From a virus (Duplodnaviria; Heunggongvirae; Uroviricota; Caudoviricetes), in IMG/VR virus record IMGVR_UViG_2778261087_000003: DNA of 64,000 bases. One strand, written 5' to 3'. The notes beneath the pieces are model-generated. The model worked only from the letters and a program-made list of their open reading frames with translations, did not search any database and was not told where the DNA came from. How positions within the stretch are numbered: the stretch's first letter is position 1; the number at the start of each line of letters is the position of its first letter. Shown here in pieces: positions 9,317 to 19,747 of the stretch. A program made the position numbers and the translations under genes.

Positions 9317-10740
9317 CTGGTCCCCTTCAGGGTTAACAGATATTCCGAGGTGATTTCAGTCTCAAACGTCAGTCGCTCCAGCGGCGGTGGTGGCGTGTAT
9401 TTGTAGCTCAGCAACAGGTGCCCGGCGGCCAGCTCCGTCTCCGGATTGCGGGCCGGATCAAACCAGCAACGGAAGCCCAGTACCGCACCATCACCAGTCA
9501 TTTTGCGACCGTAAGCGTTGACTGACTCCGTCAGTGCATCAATCAGCGCCTGAGTAATCGGCATGTCGATGTACTGCTGGCTGAAGTAACGAATGGACTC
9601 ATTGATCACATCACCGGTGCGGCGAACGTTCTCAAAGTTACGCATATGGGTGACCGTTGGCCATGCTGCCATCCGGTTACCCCACAGACGAAGGCCGCTA
9701 CCGTAACTGCTGAATACCGTGGTGATCCCCTGTTCGTTAAGCAGGTTAACCTCGCTCTGCGGATCGTCAATCATTGCCGACAGCTGGCGCTCCACGCCGG
9801 TGATCCCCAGAATTTCCTGATTGGAGGATGACCACCAGTACCCTTTGTCCAGGTCGACTTTGGCACGCAGGCCCGCCGCACGCTGGCTCAGTGGCTCCAG
9901 ACGCTCCGTGTTCGTCACCGGGTCATATACCTTCACATGCGGGTAGCACAGGCGGACACGGTCAGAGCTGGTATTAAAGTTAATGGTGCCTTCCGGGCCA
10001 CGTCCCGCCAGAGCCTGCGCAAAAGTGGTACCAACCGGCGCATCAATATAGGTTACTGCTCCCAGTTTCTCAGCCATGGCGATAAGCTCAACCGAGACGC
10101 TGTTCTGGGTGCAGAATACCGGAGCAATCAGGATTTTGGCGAAGTAGCCAAACAGGTTAAAACTGTCGTTAAGCAGCTTCATGCCGGTACGGTTGCCTGC
10201 AGCGTTAACGGTACCGATGATATCAGCCGGGGTGACTTTGGTCGGATCAGCATAGTTATAGCTGGCCTTCACCGTTGCATCTGCAGCAATGCTTTTGCCC
10301 AGGTTAGTAATCACCCCGGTCTGTGCATCAAGCAAGTAGTCCTGACCTTCAACATAAGGCTGACCGTCGCTGTCCGGTTTCAGTACCAGCTGCGCGACCA
10401 CCGGATTAGCCAGCCGGGCTCTGCCTGTCGCCTTGTCGAACGACACATTCTCACTGACCACAGCGGTTTTATGCACAGACGGATCGAGTACGTTAATGAC
10501 CAGAACGGTGCCTGCACCATGGTCATAAATCGCATCCAGCGCCTGCGGAATGGTAAAGCCGGTGAACTGGCTGCCAAATGCCGCTGCGTCTTTCTCAGAC
10601 AGGCACTGTACCAGCGTATTGACATCCCCCATCGGGGCGGTACCAATCAGGCCAATAACGGCAGATTTCACCGTTTTAACCGGGCGGGCTCCGTTTTCCA
10701 CCTCAATGGTTTCGACGCCATGCAGATAGTTAGCTGCCAT
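9313..10740 (-). CDS. Contractile tail sheath protein
   Basis: 475 aa, MAANYLHGVETIEVENGARPVKTVKSAVIGLIGTAP... typical sheath N-terminus. Confidence 0.9.
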   Translation of the reverse strand: MAANYLHGVETIEVENGARPVKTVKSAVIGLIGTAPMGDVNTLVQCLSEKDAAAFGSQFTGFTIPQALDAIYDHGAGTVLVINVLDPSVHKTAVVSENVSFDKATGRARLANPVVAQLVLKPDSDGQPYVEGQDYLLDAQTGVITNLGKSIAADATVKASYNYADPTKVTPADIIGTVNAAGNRTGMKLLNDSFNLFGYFAKILIAPVFCTQNSVSVELIAMAEKLGAVTYIDAPVGTTFAQALAGRGPEGTINFNTSSDRVRLCYPHVKVYDPVTNTERLEPLSQRAAGLRAKVDLDKGYWWSSSNQEILGITGVERQLSAMIDDPQSEVNLLNEQGITTVFSSYGSGLRLWGNRMAAWPTVTHMRNFENVRRTGDVINESIRYFSQQYIDMPITQALIDALTESVNAYGRKMTGDGAVLGFRCWFDPARNPETELAAGHLLLSYKYTPPPPLERLTFETEITSEYLLTLKGTS

Positions 10741-10984
10741 GGGAGTCCTCCGTTTTCACTTCGCTGTCACTGCTGCTTCTGCGCTTTGGTGACTGCACAG
10801 CCGGTGTGACGGCGGGTTTAGTATCTTCTGGTACCGGCGTCAGATGCTTCAGCGCCACCAGTACCTTCACGTAGTCATGCTCCTCCGGCAGGGAAACCGT
10901 CTTCCCCGGCCAGAGCAGGATTTCGGTTCCGTCCGACAGCGTGACGCCGCTGGCCGGGCCGGAATAGCGGTATGCTTTCATCAC
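10730..10984 (-). CDS. Hypothetical small protein upstream of sheath
   Basis: 84 aa ORF in conserved position. Confidence 0.45.
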   Translation of the reverse strand: MMKAYRYSGPASGVTLSDGTEILLWPGKTVSLPEEHDYVKVLVALKHLTPVPEDTKPAVTPAVQSPKRRSSSDSEVKTEDSHGS

Positions 10985-11445
10985 TCGCTTTCCTCATAGT
11001 TCACTTCGGTTAACAGCGGGCCGGACGGTAAATCGCTGTCTTCGATAAAGACGCTTTCAGTCGCGAAGTCGAGGGCGTACTGCCACAGCCCCCTGACTTC
11101 ACCGATAAACACCTCGCGGGTCAGCCAGATACGGCGGCGGCACCCGGGCGGGGTGTGGCCACCGAGAATGCGGCGGACAGCATCCAGGACATTAATCGCC
11201 CCTTTTTTACCGTTGAGCTGGCGGAAGACCACCGTGACGCAGAGCTGGATGGTCTGAGGCTGGATCACCGCACCGGTATCATCCGGCCTGTCAAAGCGCG
11301 AACCAGCATAGCTCAGCAGCAACGCGCCGACAGAATGATTGAGGCGATATTCGGACGGCTTTTCCGGGAAGTACTCCACCTGCAGTTGAGGCAGCTTCTC
11401 GCGCAACCGGGTCAGCACCGCATCAAGGACGGGCAGAACGTTCAT
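10981..11445 (-). CDS. Mu gp37-like head-tail/tail completion protein
   Basis: 154 aa, synteny between gp36-like and sheath. Confidence 0.55.
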   Translation of the reverse strand: MNVLPVLDAVLTRLREKLPQLQVEYFPEKPSEYRLNHSVGALLLSYAGSRFDRPDDTGAVIQPQTIQLCVTVVFRQLNGKKGAINVLDAVRRILGGHTPPGCRRRIWLTREVFIGEVRGLWQYALDFATESVFIEDSDLPSGPLLTEVNYEESE

Positions 11446-11891
11446 CAGTATTTCTCCAGTAAGCCGTCACGACCGCCGAAAGTGGCCGGGCGGCTGCGTA
11501 CACGAAACTCGCCAGGCTCAGGCACATCTTTCTGAGTGGACGGCAGCCCCAGCGTGAGCCTGTTATCACGTAACTCCTTCAGTTGCCGCAGCGCTTCTTT
11601 GTGGTCATCCTTCACTGTATCCGGGAGGTCACCTTCCGGGCGGCGGGCGTAGAGCCGGTAACGGACCAGCGTGATGGCAATGTCCCGCAGAACGGTCGGT
11701 ATCTCCGCCAGCGGCAGGATATAGCGTCCGCGCAGATGGGCATCAATCAGCTCGTCGGCATAGCGGATACAGCTCTCCACCACTCTGGTATTCACTGCCG
11801 CAGGCGAGTCGAAGTCGATCTCTTCACTGGTGAGCTCGATCAGCGTTCGTTCCGGCACCTGCTCAAGCAAATCCTCCAGGGTGCAGTACAT
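11445..11891 (-). CDS. Mu gp36-like head-tail joining protein; start trimmed to internal ATG
   Basis: Longest ORF starts at 12002 but overlaps upstream gene by 110 nt; internal start MYCTLEDLLEQVPER... at 11891 abuts upstream stop. Confidence 0.5.
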   Translation of the reverse strand: MYCTLEDLLEQVPERTLIELTSEEIDFDSPAAVNTRVVESCIRYADELIDAHLRGRYILPLAEIPTVLRDIAITLVRYRLYARRPEGDLPDTVKDDHKEALRQLKELRDNRLTLGLPSTQKDVPEPGEFRVRSRPATFGGRDGLLEKY

Positions 11892-11892
11892 G

Positions 11893-12231
11893 TCACACCC
11901 CTCGCAGGATACGAATGACATCACCTTCTGCTGTGGCTTCATCCAGTGCAATACCACAGGATTTACCGTCGCCGCTCTGAGGTACTGCTCTGGCACTGGC
12001 ATCAGACTGTACAGCTACCCCACGGCTGACAGCGGCCCCGGCCTCGATGGCAATAATGCCCAGAACGCTCACCGGCGTGCTGTCGCCGGTAACAGCATCC
12101 ACTTCGGCAACCCCGAGCGCTGCGGCACCGGCCTGACAGGGGGTATTATCTGCCCCGACAAAACGCTGCTGTGTCAGTGGTGCCCCTGCCGTTATGGTCG
12201 TGGTCAGAATGACCTGCTGAGTGGTTCCCAT
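11893..12231 (-). CDS. Hypothetical head-associated protein
   Basis: Start placed at MGTTQQVILTT... preceded by AAGGAGGG RBS; Ala/Gly/Val-rich; sits just after major capsid gene. Confidence 0.5.
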   Translation of the reverse strand: MGTTQQVILTTTITAGAPLTQQRFVGADNTPCQAGAAALGVAEVDAVTGDSTPVSVLGIIAIEAGAAVSRGVAVQSDASARAVPQSGDGKSCGIALDEATAEGDVIRILRGV

Positions 12232-12241
12232 AACGCCCTCC

Positions 12242-13195
12242 TTATTTACTGATACCGGTGATGAGATACCCTGCATCGCCACCCACCACGGCGACTTTGT
12301 AGATATCGGTATAACGGCAGTACTTCACCTTGCCGCCGGCTCCGTCGTATTTGTCGGCAACAGGCATTCCCTTACGACGCAGGGTGTAGCCGAAGGACGG
12401 CTCGTTCTCGTCCGCGCTGTCCGCCCCCGGCTGCGGCTTGCCGACGTAGTGCAGCATCAGGTTGTCTCCCCAGATATCCGTCGGCACGCTGTCCTTATCC
12501 ATTGCCGTTTTCATGGACGGCAGGGAGACAGGGGCACCGATGACGATCTCTTCGATCTGAAAGAGGTCCCGCAGGATCTCAGTGGTGATGCGCTTGCGCT
12601 CGTTGGCTCCGATGGCAGCCTGAATTGCCGGGTGGAACTTCAGCAGCGCCATCACGCTGGCCCCCATGGTCATCAGGTTAGGACGCAGCCCCGTGGCAGT
12701 ACGGACCGCTTCCATACCGGCTTCAATCACCCCGATGGGGTCACCTTTACCACCGGCCCAGCGGTCGCCGGACGTCAGTTTTTTGACGTGCCCGGTACGG
12801 TAGACCTTTTCATCCTGGGCCAGACGGGCAGCGATAAGTTCACGGCGCAGGTTCACGCCATTCGTGGCGCGACGGATGGCCTTGCTCTCTTCGTTAAACA
12901 TGGACTCCGCCTGCTCGCGATAGTCCACCGGCGCAGCCAGATCGTGCTCACCCAGTACCAGGTCCAGCGTGCCGGTTTTCTCACGGACCAGAACATTGCT
13001 GTCCGCCCCGACAGCACGCTCAGTGTCATATTCCACAAAGGCGGTTTTTCCGAAGGTCGGTACACGCACGCCTTCCTTGTCCGTCAGTACGACGGGGAAA
13101 ATACGTTCGCCGATGAATGCAGCATTTTTATAGCCACGGGCGATACTGGTCAGTACAGGATCAACGACACGTTTACCTTTTAAGTAATCAGACAT
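12242..13195 (-). CDS. Major capsid protein, Mu gpT-like
   Basis: 317 aa, MSDYLKGKRVVDPVLTSIARGYKNAAFIGERIFPVV...; follows protease/scaffold gene as in Mu. Confidence 0.85.
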   Translation of the reverse strand: MSDYLKGKRVVDPVLTSIARGYKNAAFIGERIFPVVLTDKEGVRVPTFGKTAFVEYDTERAVGADSNVLVREKTGTLDLVLGEHDLAAPVDYREQAESMFNEESKAIRRATNGVNLRRELIAARLAQDEKVYRTGHVKKLTSGDRWAGGKGDPIGVIEAGMEAVRTATGLRPNLMTMGASVMALLKFHPAIQAAIGANERKRITTEILRDLFQIEEIVIGAPVSLPSMKTAMDKDSVPTDIWGDNLMLHYVGKPQPGADSADENEPSFGYTLRRKGMPVADKYDGAGGKVKYCRYTDIYKVAVVGGDAGYLITGISK

Positions 13196-13209
13196 GCTCT
13201 CTCCTTAAA

Positions 13210-14325
13210 TTACAGGCAGCGTGCGACAGCAGCCTCATAGCTGATGCCTTCTTTTTTCGACAGGGCCACTGCTTTCTGATGCAGGGCCAGACGCTCAGGA
13301 TCGGCTTCCGCAAACTCCGCCACATCCACCTTCACCGCGTCGCCAACACGATCCTTTGTGGCCTGTTCGGCGAAGTTCATCACCGGCTCCCCGTCGGAGA
13401 GCAGCGAACGGAAGGCGGTGGCCAGCGGTGTACGGTTTTCTCCCTCGGCAAACTCCACCGGTTTGTCGCCACCGGCGACGGCATCCAGCAGGGCAACCAC
13501 CACGGAAGAGGCGCGGGGAGCCAGACGGCCCTCTGCGACCAGTTTTTCTGCAAAGGCCACATTGTCCTTATGCAGTTGCTCCTGTCTGACCTGTGCATCA
13601 CGCGCATCGCGATCAGCAGCCTGCTGCTTCAGGCGGCGGTTCTCCTCCTGAAGGGCTTCAATCTCTTCTTTTGTCATCGATGATTCCTCGTTACTTTTGG
13701 AAGACGGCACCCGGCCTGTCTCACTGAATTGCGCACCTGCAGCATCCTGCGACGCTGTGTCGCGGTACGCCTCTTCGCGCAGATTGTTGAGCTGCCATTC
13801 CGGCAGGACTTTTTCTGCCTCGTCCAGACTGAAGCGGGCGATCAGAAAATCGCGCAGCTTTCCCCACAGGGAGGCATTCGTGATGGCCTGCCAGTCGGCG
13901 AACTCCACCACACCTTCTTCCTGCTCACTGAAGGACACCTGTTTCAGCCCTTTGACGGAAGGTGGCTGTGCCCCGAGAAAGCCCACATGGCGAAGGTAGA
14001 GCACGCCGGGCTTCGGATTGGACGGTGAATCCGGGAGGTAGAAAGAGGCGGACACTTTTTTGAATCGTCCGTCGGTGACCATCTCAGCAAACTGCGGGTC
14101 CAACTGGGCAGGCTCTGCCATCAGATCGACGCCGCTGAGCGACAGGGCTTTCACCCAGCCCCACGCCGGGTCTTCCGTTCTGGGATGACCAATCACGAGT
14201 GGTGCTTCATGGACGGACGGGTCATAGGCTTTCACGCAGGCGGCAAGATCGTCTGGCGTGAACGGCAGTTTTTTGCCGTGCATATCGGTATGAGTACCGG
14301 CTTTAAAAATGTGAATGGCTGACAT
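13210..14325 (-). CDS. Head protease/scaffold protein, Mu gpI-like
   Basis: 371 aa with N-terminal protease-like region and charged coiled-coil C-terminal half (EEIEALQEENRRLKQQAADRDARDAQ...). Confidence 0.8.
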   Translation of the reverse strand: MSAIHIFKAGTHTDMHGKKLPFTPDDLAACVKAYDPSVHEAPLVIGHPRTEDPAWGWVKALSLSGVDLMAEPAQLDPQFAEMVTDGRFKKVSASFYLPDSPSNPKPGVLYLRHVGFLGAQPPSVKGLKQVSFSEQEEGVVEFADWQAITNASLWGKLRDFLIARFSLDEAEKVLPEWQLNNLREEAYRDTASQDAAGAQFSETGRVPSSKSNEESSMTKEEIEALQEENRRLKQQAADRDARDAQVRQEQLHKDNVAFAEKLVAEGRLAPRASSVVVALLDAVAGGDKPVEFAEGENRTPLATAFRSLLSDGEPVMNFAEQATKDRVGDAVKVDVAEFAEADPERLALHQKAVALSKKEGISYEAAVARCL

Positions 14326-14461
14326 TTTGCTGTCCCGCGTTATGTTGTCGGAGACAGTTTGTGAGAAATGCAGGCCCGGCGATTTTAATCTGCTTTAGAA
14401 AACATCAGGGGAGAAGGACAGGGAAAGCAATGCGGTGAACCGGAGGCGGTTATAAAACAGA

Positions 14462-14493
14462 GGCTGTAAAGCCTTTATAAAGGTAATACAGCC
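14462..14493 (-). terminator. Stem-loop between G-like and I-like genes, likely terminator next to an internal late promoter
   Basis: GGCTGTA...CCTTTATAAAGG...TACAGCC nested palindrome, T-rich tract after it on minus strand; 215-bp non-coding gap 14326-14539. Confidence 0.35.
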
Positions 14494-14539
14494 CCTCATT
14501 CGCTGGCAATGATAAATCACCCGCCTGAAGAGAGAAACC

Positions 14540-15001
14540 TCAGCGACGGGCCGCTGATTCAAGATGGCGGACAATGGTATCGAGGATGGGGATTACCACT
14601 TCAGGCTGTAGTTCTCCATCCCCCGTCACCGGCAGGAACGGGCGGGCCGGAAGTTCAACAGACTCATTACGCCCCGTTTTACCCCCGAACTGGTGAATGG
14701 CACCGTAAACAACGTTGGTCCCCACAAGAGCCTGCCGGTCGTCATGGTCGGTTGATACTGACCCCATCAGACGCCCGGTATCCTGCAGTGTCTGCCCGTC
14801 ACGTTCTTCCGCTGCCAGCGAGGGTATCCACCCCGGACGCCCCTCATCAAGAAAGTTAAACTGTGTTTCCGCCAGCAGGGTTCCGGCAATTTTGCGCATC
14901 GCGGGTTCCAGATCTGTGGCAGAGAGCTCCAGTGCGCGGAGACTCCGGCGCAGGGATTTATCGTTAATGGTGATATTGACCAGTTTATCGGAAGCCATCA
15001 T
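14540..15001 (-). CDS. Virion morphogenesis protein, Mu gpG-like
   Basis: 153 aa, conserved position after F-like gene. Confidence 0.65.
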   Translation of the reverse strand: MMASDKLVNITINDKSLRRSLRALELSATDLEPAMRKIAGTLLAETQFNFLDEGRPGWIPSLAAEERDGQTLQDTGRLMGSVSTDHDDRQALVGTNVVYGAIHQFGGKTGRNESVELPARPFLPVTGDGELQPEVVIPILDTIVRHLESAARR

Positions 15002-15849
15002 TATCCTCTCAGTTCCTGCTGTGCCAGTGGCTGAAGCGCACCCTGATAACGGGCAAGGTCAGGACGGTATGCCGCCCCCGGCGCATAAGACCAGCCGACG
15101 TCGGTGGCCACCTTCGTGGTACCGGTATTAAAAGTGGCCACGTTCCGCATTTCGCCGGTTTTCTCTGAGACCAGTTTCAGTTCCTGGCTCATGGCAGAGC
15201 CGGAGCGGATAACCTTCAGGCCACGGGCACGTACATCCGCCGCACTCAGGGCAATCACACTACAGCGGCAGCGCCAGCCGTTCGGCGGGTAAAACGCCTG
15301 CCAGAACGGGTCATCCCAGCGCAGCACCAGACCATGCAGCGCCAGATGGCTCCTGCGGGTATGGCTGTCGTTGATGCCGGTATACATCCAGTACGGCCTG
15401 TCGTCGACGTTTTCCATCTGCTCCGCCCAACGACCGGCGCTGTAGAGTACGGACATATTGGTGCGAAAGATGGTATCGAGCCGCCACGGACTGCCCTGCT
15501 GAATGGTGACCGGTTCACCCGTTACCGGGTCAGTCGTGTCACGCGGTCCCCACCATCCCCTGCGCTTCAGCGCCGGCTCCAGCTCCTGCCGGAACCAGCG
15601 ATCGGTTTTTCCTTCATCGACAGCCTGCTGCAGTGCCCCGCGAATATCTTCCAGAATATCCAGGCGGGTCACTTTAGCGACGGTAAAGGCGCGGGCATGG
15701 GCTTCCTGCCACATTTCTTCCCAGTCCCAGGTAATCTGATACCCTTTGGACTTCAGGTAACTGACTGCCCGCTTCGGGGGAAGCGTCATGCAGTACGCCA
15801 GTTCAGCCGTTGTCACGCTCATGCAGACGCCCCCAGATATTTGCCACAA
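15001..15849 (-). CDS. Minor head protein, Mu F (gp30)-like
   Basis: 282 aa; ...GWRCRCSV... Cys motif typical of F-family; follows portal. Confidence 0.75.
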   Translation of the reverse strand: MWQISGGVCMSVTTAELAYCMTLPPKRAVSYLKSKGYQITWDWEEMWQEAHARAFTVAKVTRLDILEDIRGALQQAVDEGKTDRWFRQELEPALKRRGWWGPRDTTDPVTGEPVTIQQGSPWRLDTIFRTNMSVLYSAGRWAEQMENVDDRPYWMYTGINDSHTRRSHLALHGLVLRWDDPFWQAFYPPNGWRCRCSVIALSAADVRARGLKVIRSGSAMSQELKLVSEKTGEMRNVATFNTGTTKVATDVGWSYAPGAAYRPDLARYQGALQPLAQQELRG

Positions 15850-17299
15850 AGAGAATGCGGGCCAGCCGTTCCTGCAGATCGTCCGTGTTCATCTGAGGGT
15901 AGAGCTCCGCCAGTTCGCCCAGCAGCTCAGACGGGTTAACCCCGTTTTCGACCCGCTTAAACAGAGGTGCCAGGACGGGTTCCAGCGTGCCATTTAACAC
16001 ACCTCCGTTCATCAGAATGTCCAGCGCGTCGTCAAGCTGCTGTTGAGCCTGAATATCGGCATCAATCGCCTCGGCAAATGACAGCGGCAGCATGTTCTTC
16101 TCGCGTTCTGACGGTGGTGTCTCGTCAATATCGCCGTCCTGCAACTGGTACTCACGCTTGAAGTATTGCGGGGTCAGACGCAGACCCGCCCGGGTGAGTT
16201 TTTCGTCGCGGGTGGCACGGGTGTCATCAATGGCCTCCTGTTCCCACATGGCCCAGACCGGACACGGCACATCGCCGAAGTTCAGGGTGACCACCGTTCT
16301 TATGACCTGATTCACTGCCGCCTGAATGATGTCCGCATCCGCATCGCGGATATCAGCCGTCACCTCCAGCCCGGCCTGTGCAGAGGCCTTGTTACTGTTC
16401 GCTTCCGTGGTCTGATTCTGACCCAGTAATGCAATGGAGATCTCACTGCGTGACAGTGTGATCAACTCGCGGAATACCTCGCTGCTGTCTGCCTTGCCAT
16501 CCGCTGCTTTGAGTTCGATGCTGCTGTCATCAGGGATGGCGGCCACCGCGTCCTCCACCATCTGCTCCATGGAGTCCAGCAGTTTTTCAATCTCTGCATC
16601 ATTTGCACCCCTCGGGTGCTTACCGATCACCCATGGGGAGCCAAACTTTTCGGCAAAGCGGAGCCAGAATTTCATCCCGCCTTTCTTGAAGGCGACCGGC
16701 CAGAAGCACATGGACAGGTCAGGGAAACCGTAAGGATTGTCATACGAGGCATCCTGTGCCGGCACCACGAATTTTGACGGTGACAGCAGCTCACCCTCCA
16801 CACCCGCATCACGAGCCCGGAAGCGCAGGCAGTTGTCCGTATCAAACTGAAACCACTCAGGCGGTTTGCCGACAATATCCGTCACCGCCCACGCCCTGAC
16901 CGAACGGCCCCACATGATTTCACAGGGCTGATACCCGTAGAGCACGGCATCGCTCATCTCACCGATGATACGGGACAGATCCAGATCGTCGAGCATGTCG
17001 CGGATGAAACGGAAGACCCGGGCAGAAGCGTGACCGCGCTCCAGTCCACGCTCCAGCGATTTGAGCGCTGCTTTACGTCTGCGGATACAGCCCCCGACCA
17101 GCGGGTCGGTGCGCAGTTCGCGGTAGATACGGATATCCCGTCCCTGAGCCTTGAGAATGGGATCAGGATTGGGCAGATACATGCCCAGAGCGTAAAAGTC
17201 GATCGCGCGGCTGCGGGAGGCAATCTGCGCGGTCAGTGATTTTTGGGGTTCGGCGAACGCCACGAACTCATCGGGTGAAACCCAGATACCCCTCGCCAT
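15803..17299 (-). CDS. Portal protein, Mu gp29 (DUF935)-like
   Basis: 498 aa directly downstream of large terminase. Confidence 0.8.
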   Translation of the reverse strand: MARGIWVSPDEFVAFAEPQKSLTAQIASRSRAIDFYALGMYLPNPDPILKAQGRDIRIYRELRTDPLVGGCIRRRKAALKSLERGLERGHASARVFRFIRDMLDDLDLSRIIGEMSDAVLYGYQPCEIMWGRSVRAWAVTDIVGKPPEWFQFDTDNCLRFRARDAGVEGELLSPSKFVVPAQDASYDNPYGFPDLSMCFWPVAFKKGGMKFWLRFAEKFGSPWVIGKHPRGANDAEIEKLLDSMEQMVEDAVAAIPDDSSIELKAADGKADSSEVFRELITLSRSEISIALLGQNQTTEANSNKASAQAGLEVTADIRDADADIIQAAVNQVIRTVVTLNFGDVPCPVWAMWEQEAIDDTRATRDEKLTRAGLRLTPQYFKREYQLQDGDIDETPPSEREKNMLPLSFAEAIDADIQAQQQLDDALDILMNGGVLNGTLEPVLAPLFKRVENGVNPSELLGELAELYPQMNTDDLQERLARILFVANIWGRLHERDNG

Positions 17300-18894
17300 C
17301 AGAATCCCTCCAGTATACGGACCGCCTGACGACGACGTCGTGAGCTTGCCTTCACCGGCCCTTTGTTAATTTCACGGCTGGCGAAATACGCCAGCGCCAG
17401 TGCGATGGCTGAATCCCCGTGGCGTTTACCACCATCAGCCTTTGCTTTTGAGCGTTGCTCCGGCACGCGGGGGACACCGTTCACCACCTGAACGGCCCGC
17501 AGGTCATCCAGTGTGTCTTCATCTTTTGGTAAGTCCACCAGGTTACCGTCTTCCAGTGCAGCTTTGACCGGAGGCATATGCTCCCGGTACCAGCCTTCGG
17601 TTGGCATCACCTGCTGAACCCGGCTGGAGCCGTAGCGCTGCATGGCGTATTCAGCCAGATAGGCACCATTACCACGGGCATCAAACGCTGCACCCAGCAG
17701 ACCAGGCAGTCCATCCATCAGATACCAGGTGATTTGCTCCTGCTGTCTGAACGGCACGTTACGCAGCTCCAGTACGAATGGCACGCGTCGTACCAGGTTC
17801 TTCTCCTGGAGCAGTGGATAGTCCACTGACAAATCACCACTGCGGCCAAAGTCGCGCCCCAGGAAAGAGCGGGCACCAGCGGGGAGTGCCTCCAGTAATG
17901 GTTTCAGATGCTCATCAAGCCAGTCCTGCGTCTCGCGGAAGCGAACCTCATCAGACAGCAGTTCATAACCTTCCTTGCAGGTCAGACGCAATACCGGCGT
18001 ATCAGCGGACATGCGGGACTCTATCAGGGCACGGGACAGCCAGGCACCGCCACCGTTGGCCGGAATACAGTCAAGCTCTTCGGATGCGCCGGCACCGTAG
18101 AATTTGTACACCGATGCCATCCAGGCCTGCTCGGATGCCTCCGACCATTCCTTCCCGGTGCGCAGACAGACGCGCCGGAACAGCCCCTCAGATACGGCTT
18201 CCCGGAAAGTGATGCGATGTATGCTGCCTCCCTGACGTCCGGCACGGATATCCCCGATAAGCGTATTGAACGGATTGTCGTCACCGTTATGGGTGGAGAT
18301 AACGCGTACCTTTCCCCCCCAGATAAGCATCGCCAGCGCCGCTTTCAGCAGTTCGTCCAGTTGCTCATGGAACGCCGCTTCGTCGATAACAATAATACCC
18401 TGACGGCCACGCAGGTTAGACGGGCGGCTGGAGAGCGCAACAATACGAAAGTCGGAGTCAGGAAATTTGATGGTGTAAGTCCTGATGTGTTTGTCGTCGT
18501 CGTCCTCTTCCCAGAATCCTTCTTCAATTTCACTGGCCGCATAGTTGAATGCCCGTGCCCACATCGCACACGCCTGAATGTATTCGACGGTCATGTCCTG
18601 GTTATAAGCGATGTAATACACATTCATCCCGCCTGCTGGCGCAGAAGAGGCGGCGGTCAGTACGTTATCGGATGCCTCAGCCCATGTAATACCGGTACGA
18701 CGGCTCTTTTCTATCACCTTAAGCGGAGAGGTGTCTGCCACCCAGCGCTGCTGGTAAGGCAACAGAACGGGAGGGGCATCCAGCGCCGAGGTATCAGGCA
18801 AAACGGGAGCAAGGTTATTCCTCCCGTCCATGGGACTCATCCCTTCGGGGCCGCCGCCAGCGGCGTTTAAAATCACTCCGGATGATTTTGTCAT
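17299..18894 (-). CDS. Terminase large subunit, Mu gp28-like
   Basis: 531 aa, ATPase region ...GIIVIDEAAFH... and C-terminal nuclease-like region. Confidence 0.85.
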   Translation of the reverse strand: MTKSSGVILNAAGGGPEGMSPMDGRNNLAPVLPDTSALDAPPVLLPYQQRWVADTSPLKVIEKSRRTGITWAEASDNVLTAASSAPAGGMNVYYIAYNQDMTVEYIQACAMWARAFNYAASEIEEGFWEEDDDDKHIRTYTIKFPDSDFRIVALSSRPSNLRGRQGIIVIDEAAFHEQLDELLKAALAMLIWGGKVRVISTHNGDDNPFNTLIGDIRAGRQGGSIHRITFREAVSEGLFRRVCLRTGKEWSEASEQAWMASVYKFYGAGASEELDCIPANGGGAWLSRALIESRMSADTPVLRLTCKEGYELLSDEVRFRETQDWLDEHLKPLLEALPAGARSFLGRDFGRSGDLSVDYPLLQEKNLVRRVPFVLELRNVPFRQQEQITWYLMDGLPGLLGAAFDARGNGAYLAEYAMQRYGSSRVQQVMPTEGWYREHMPPVKAALEDGNLVDLPKDEDTLDDLRAVQVVNGVPRVPEQRSKAKADGGKRHGDSAIALALAYFASREINKGPVKASSRRRRQAVRILEGF

Positions 18895-19436
18895 GTGGCA
18901 ATCCCCAGAATCTCGCGACGAAGCGCCTGTACTGCGTCGCTTGACAGTCCCCCCTTACGGGCAATTTTCTCGGCGTTGCTGGCTGCCTGCTGCGCTCTGG
19001 CCCGTACTTCAGACTGGAACTTTTTGAGGTTGACGGACGCGCGGGACAGCGTAGCCACATTCTTCGCCACCTTCGACAGCAGGGCCACGCGTTCTTTAGG
19101 ATCGACTTCACCTTCTTCCGCCTCCTGCAACTGGACAATACTCTCGAACAGCTCGGTCTGAATAAGGGCTATCACAGCCTCCGAACGCGCATCCTGATCG
19201 TCTGCTGCGCCTTCGGTCAGCATGCGGGCCGCTTCTGTTGCCGCACGGATAGCACCATAGCGGCGCTCAATCTTCTGTCCATAGCGATGGATAGCGGATT
19301 TGCTGATGACGTACCCCCGCTCACGCAGCAGGGACTCCAGCTCGTTATACCCGCTGAAGCCGGATTCAGTCAGCGCCCGTTCAAGCCAGCGGCGCACGTC
19401 TTCCGGCAGCTTTTCTATTGTGCTGCGTCTGGCCAT
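18891..19436 (-). CDS. Terminase small subunit-like protein (Mu gp27-like)
   Basis: 181 aa, MARRSTIEKLPEDVRRWLERALTESGFSGYNELESLLRERGY..., overlaps terminase start. Confidence 0.65.
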   Translation of the reverse strand: MARRSTIEKLPEDVRRWLERALTESGFSGYNELESLLRERGYVISKSAIHRYGQKIERRYGAIRAATEAARMLTEGAADDQDARSEAVIALIQTELFESIVQLQEAEEGEVDPKERVALLSKVAKNVATLSRASVNLKKFQSEVRARAQQAASNAEKIARKGGLSSDAVQALRREILGIAT

Positions 19437-19747
19437 TATTCACTCCAGTACTTTTCCGGGCGGGCAATACCCGGACCACATTCCACGGTGTATTCCACCA
19501 GGTCTACGCCGAGGCGGGTCAGGTCAGCAAACCAGTCGCCAGAAGGTTTTTTCTCCAGCTCAACCATTTTACGGTCAGCCAGATAATCCAGTTCGCGGCG
19601 CAGTTCCAGCGGTGTGGTGTCCGGGTAGATGGCGCGGGACACGTCCAGCAGCAACGTTTCACTGGCGGTGTAAGGGCGGGTTTTGTTCAGGGCAACCAGC
19701 AAACTCCAGCGCAGGGATTCGCGGCGTACCCGGGTAATATCGACCAT
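19436..19747 (-). CDS. Hypothetical protein (late operon)
   Basis: 103 aa ORF between lysis genes and terminase. Confidence 0.4.
   Translation of the reverse strand: MVDITRVRRESLRWSLLVALNKTRPYTASETLLLDVSRAIYPDTTPLELRRELDYLADRKMVELEKKPSGDWFADLTRLGVDLVEYTVECGPGIARPEKYWSE

Noticed and set aside
9937-10809. Plus-strand ORF of 290 aa
   Set aside because: Antisense to the tail sheath gene.
12221-13183. Plus-strand ORF of 320 aa
   Set aside because: Antisense to the major capsid gene.
17908-18870. Plus-strand ORF of 320 aa
   Set aside because: Antisense to the large terminase gene; Arg/Gly-rich with no protein-like pattern.
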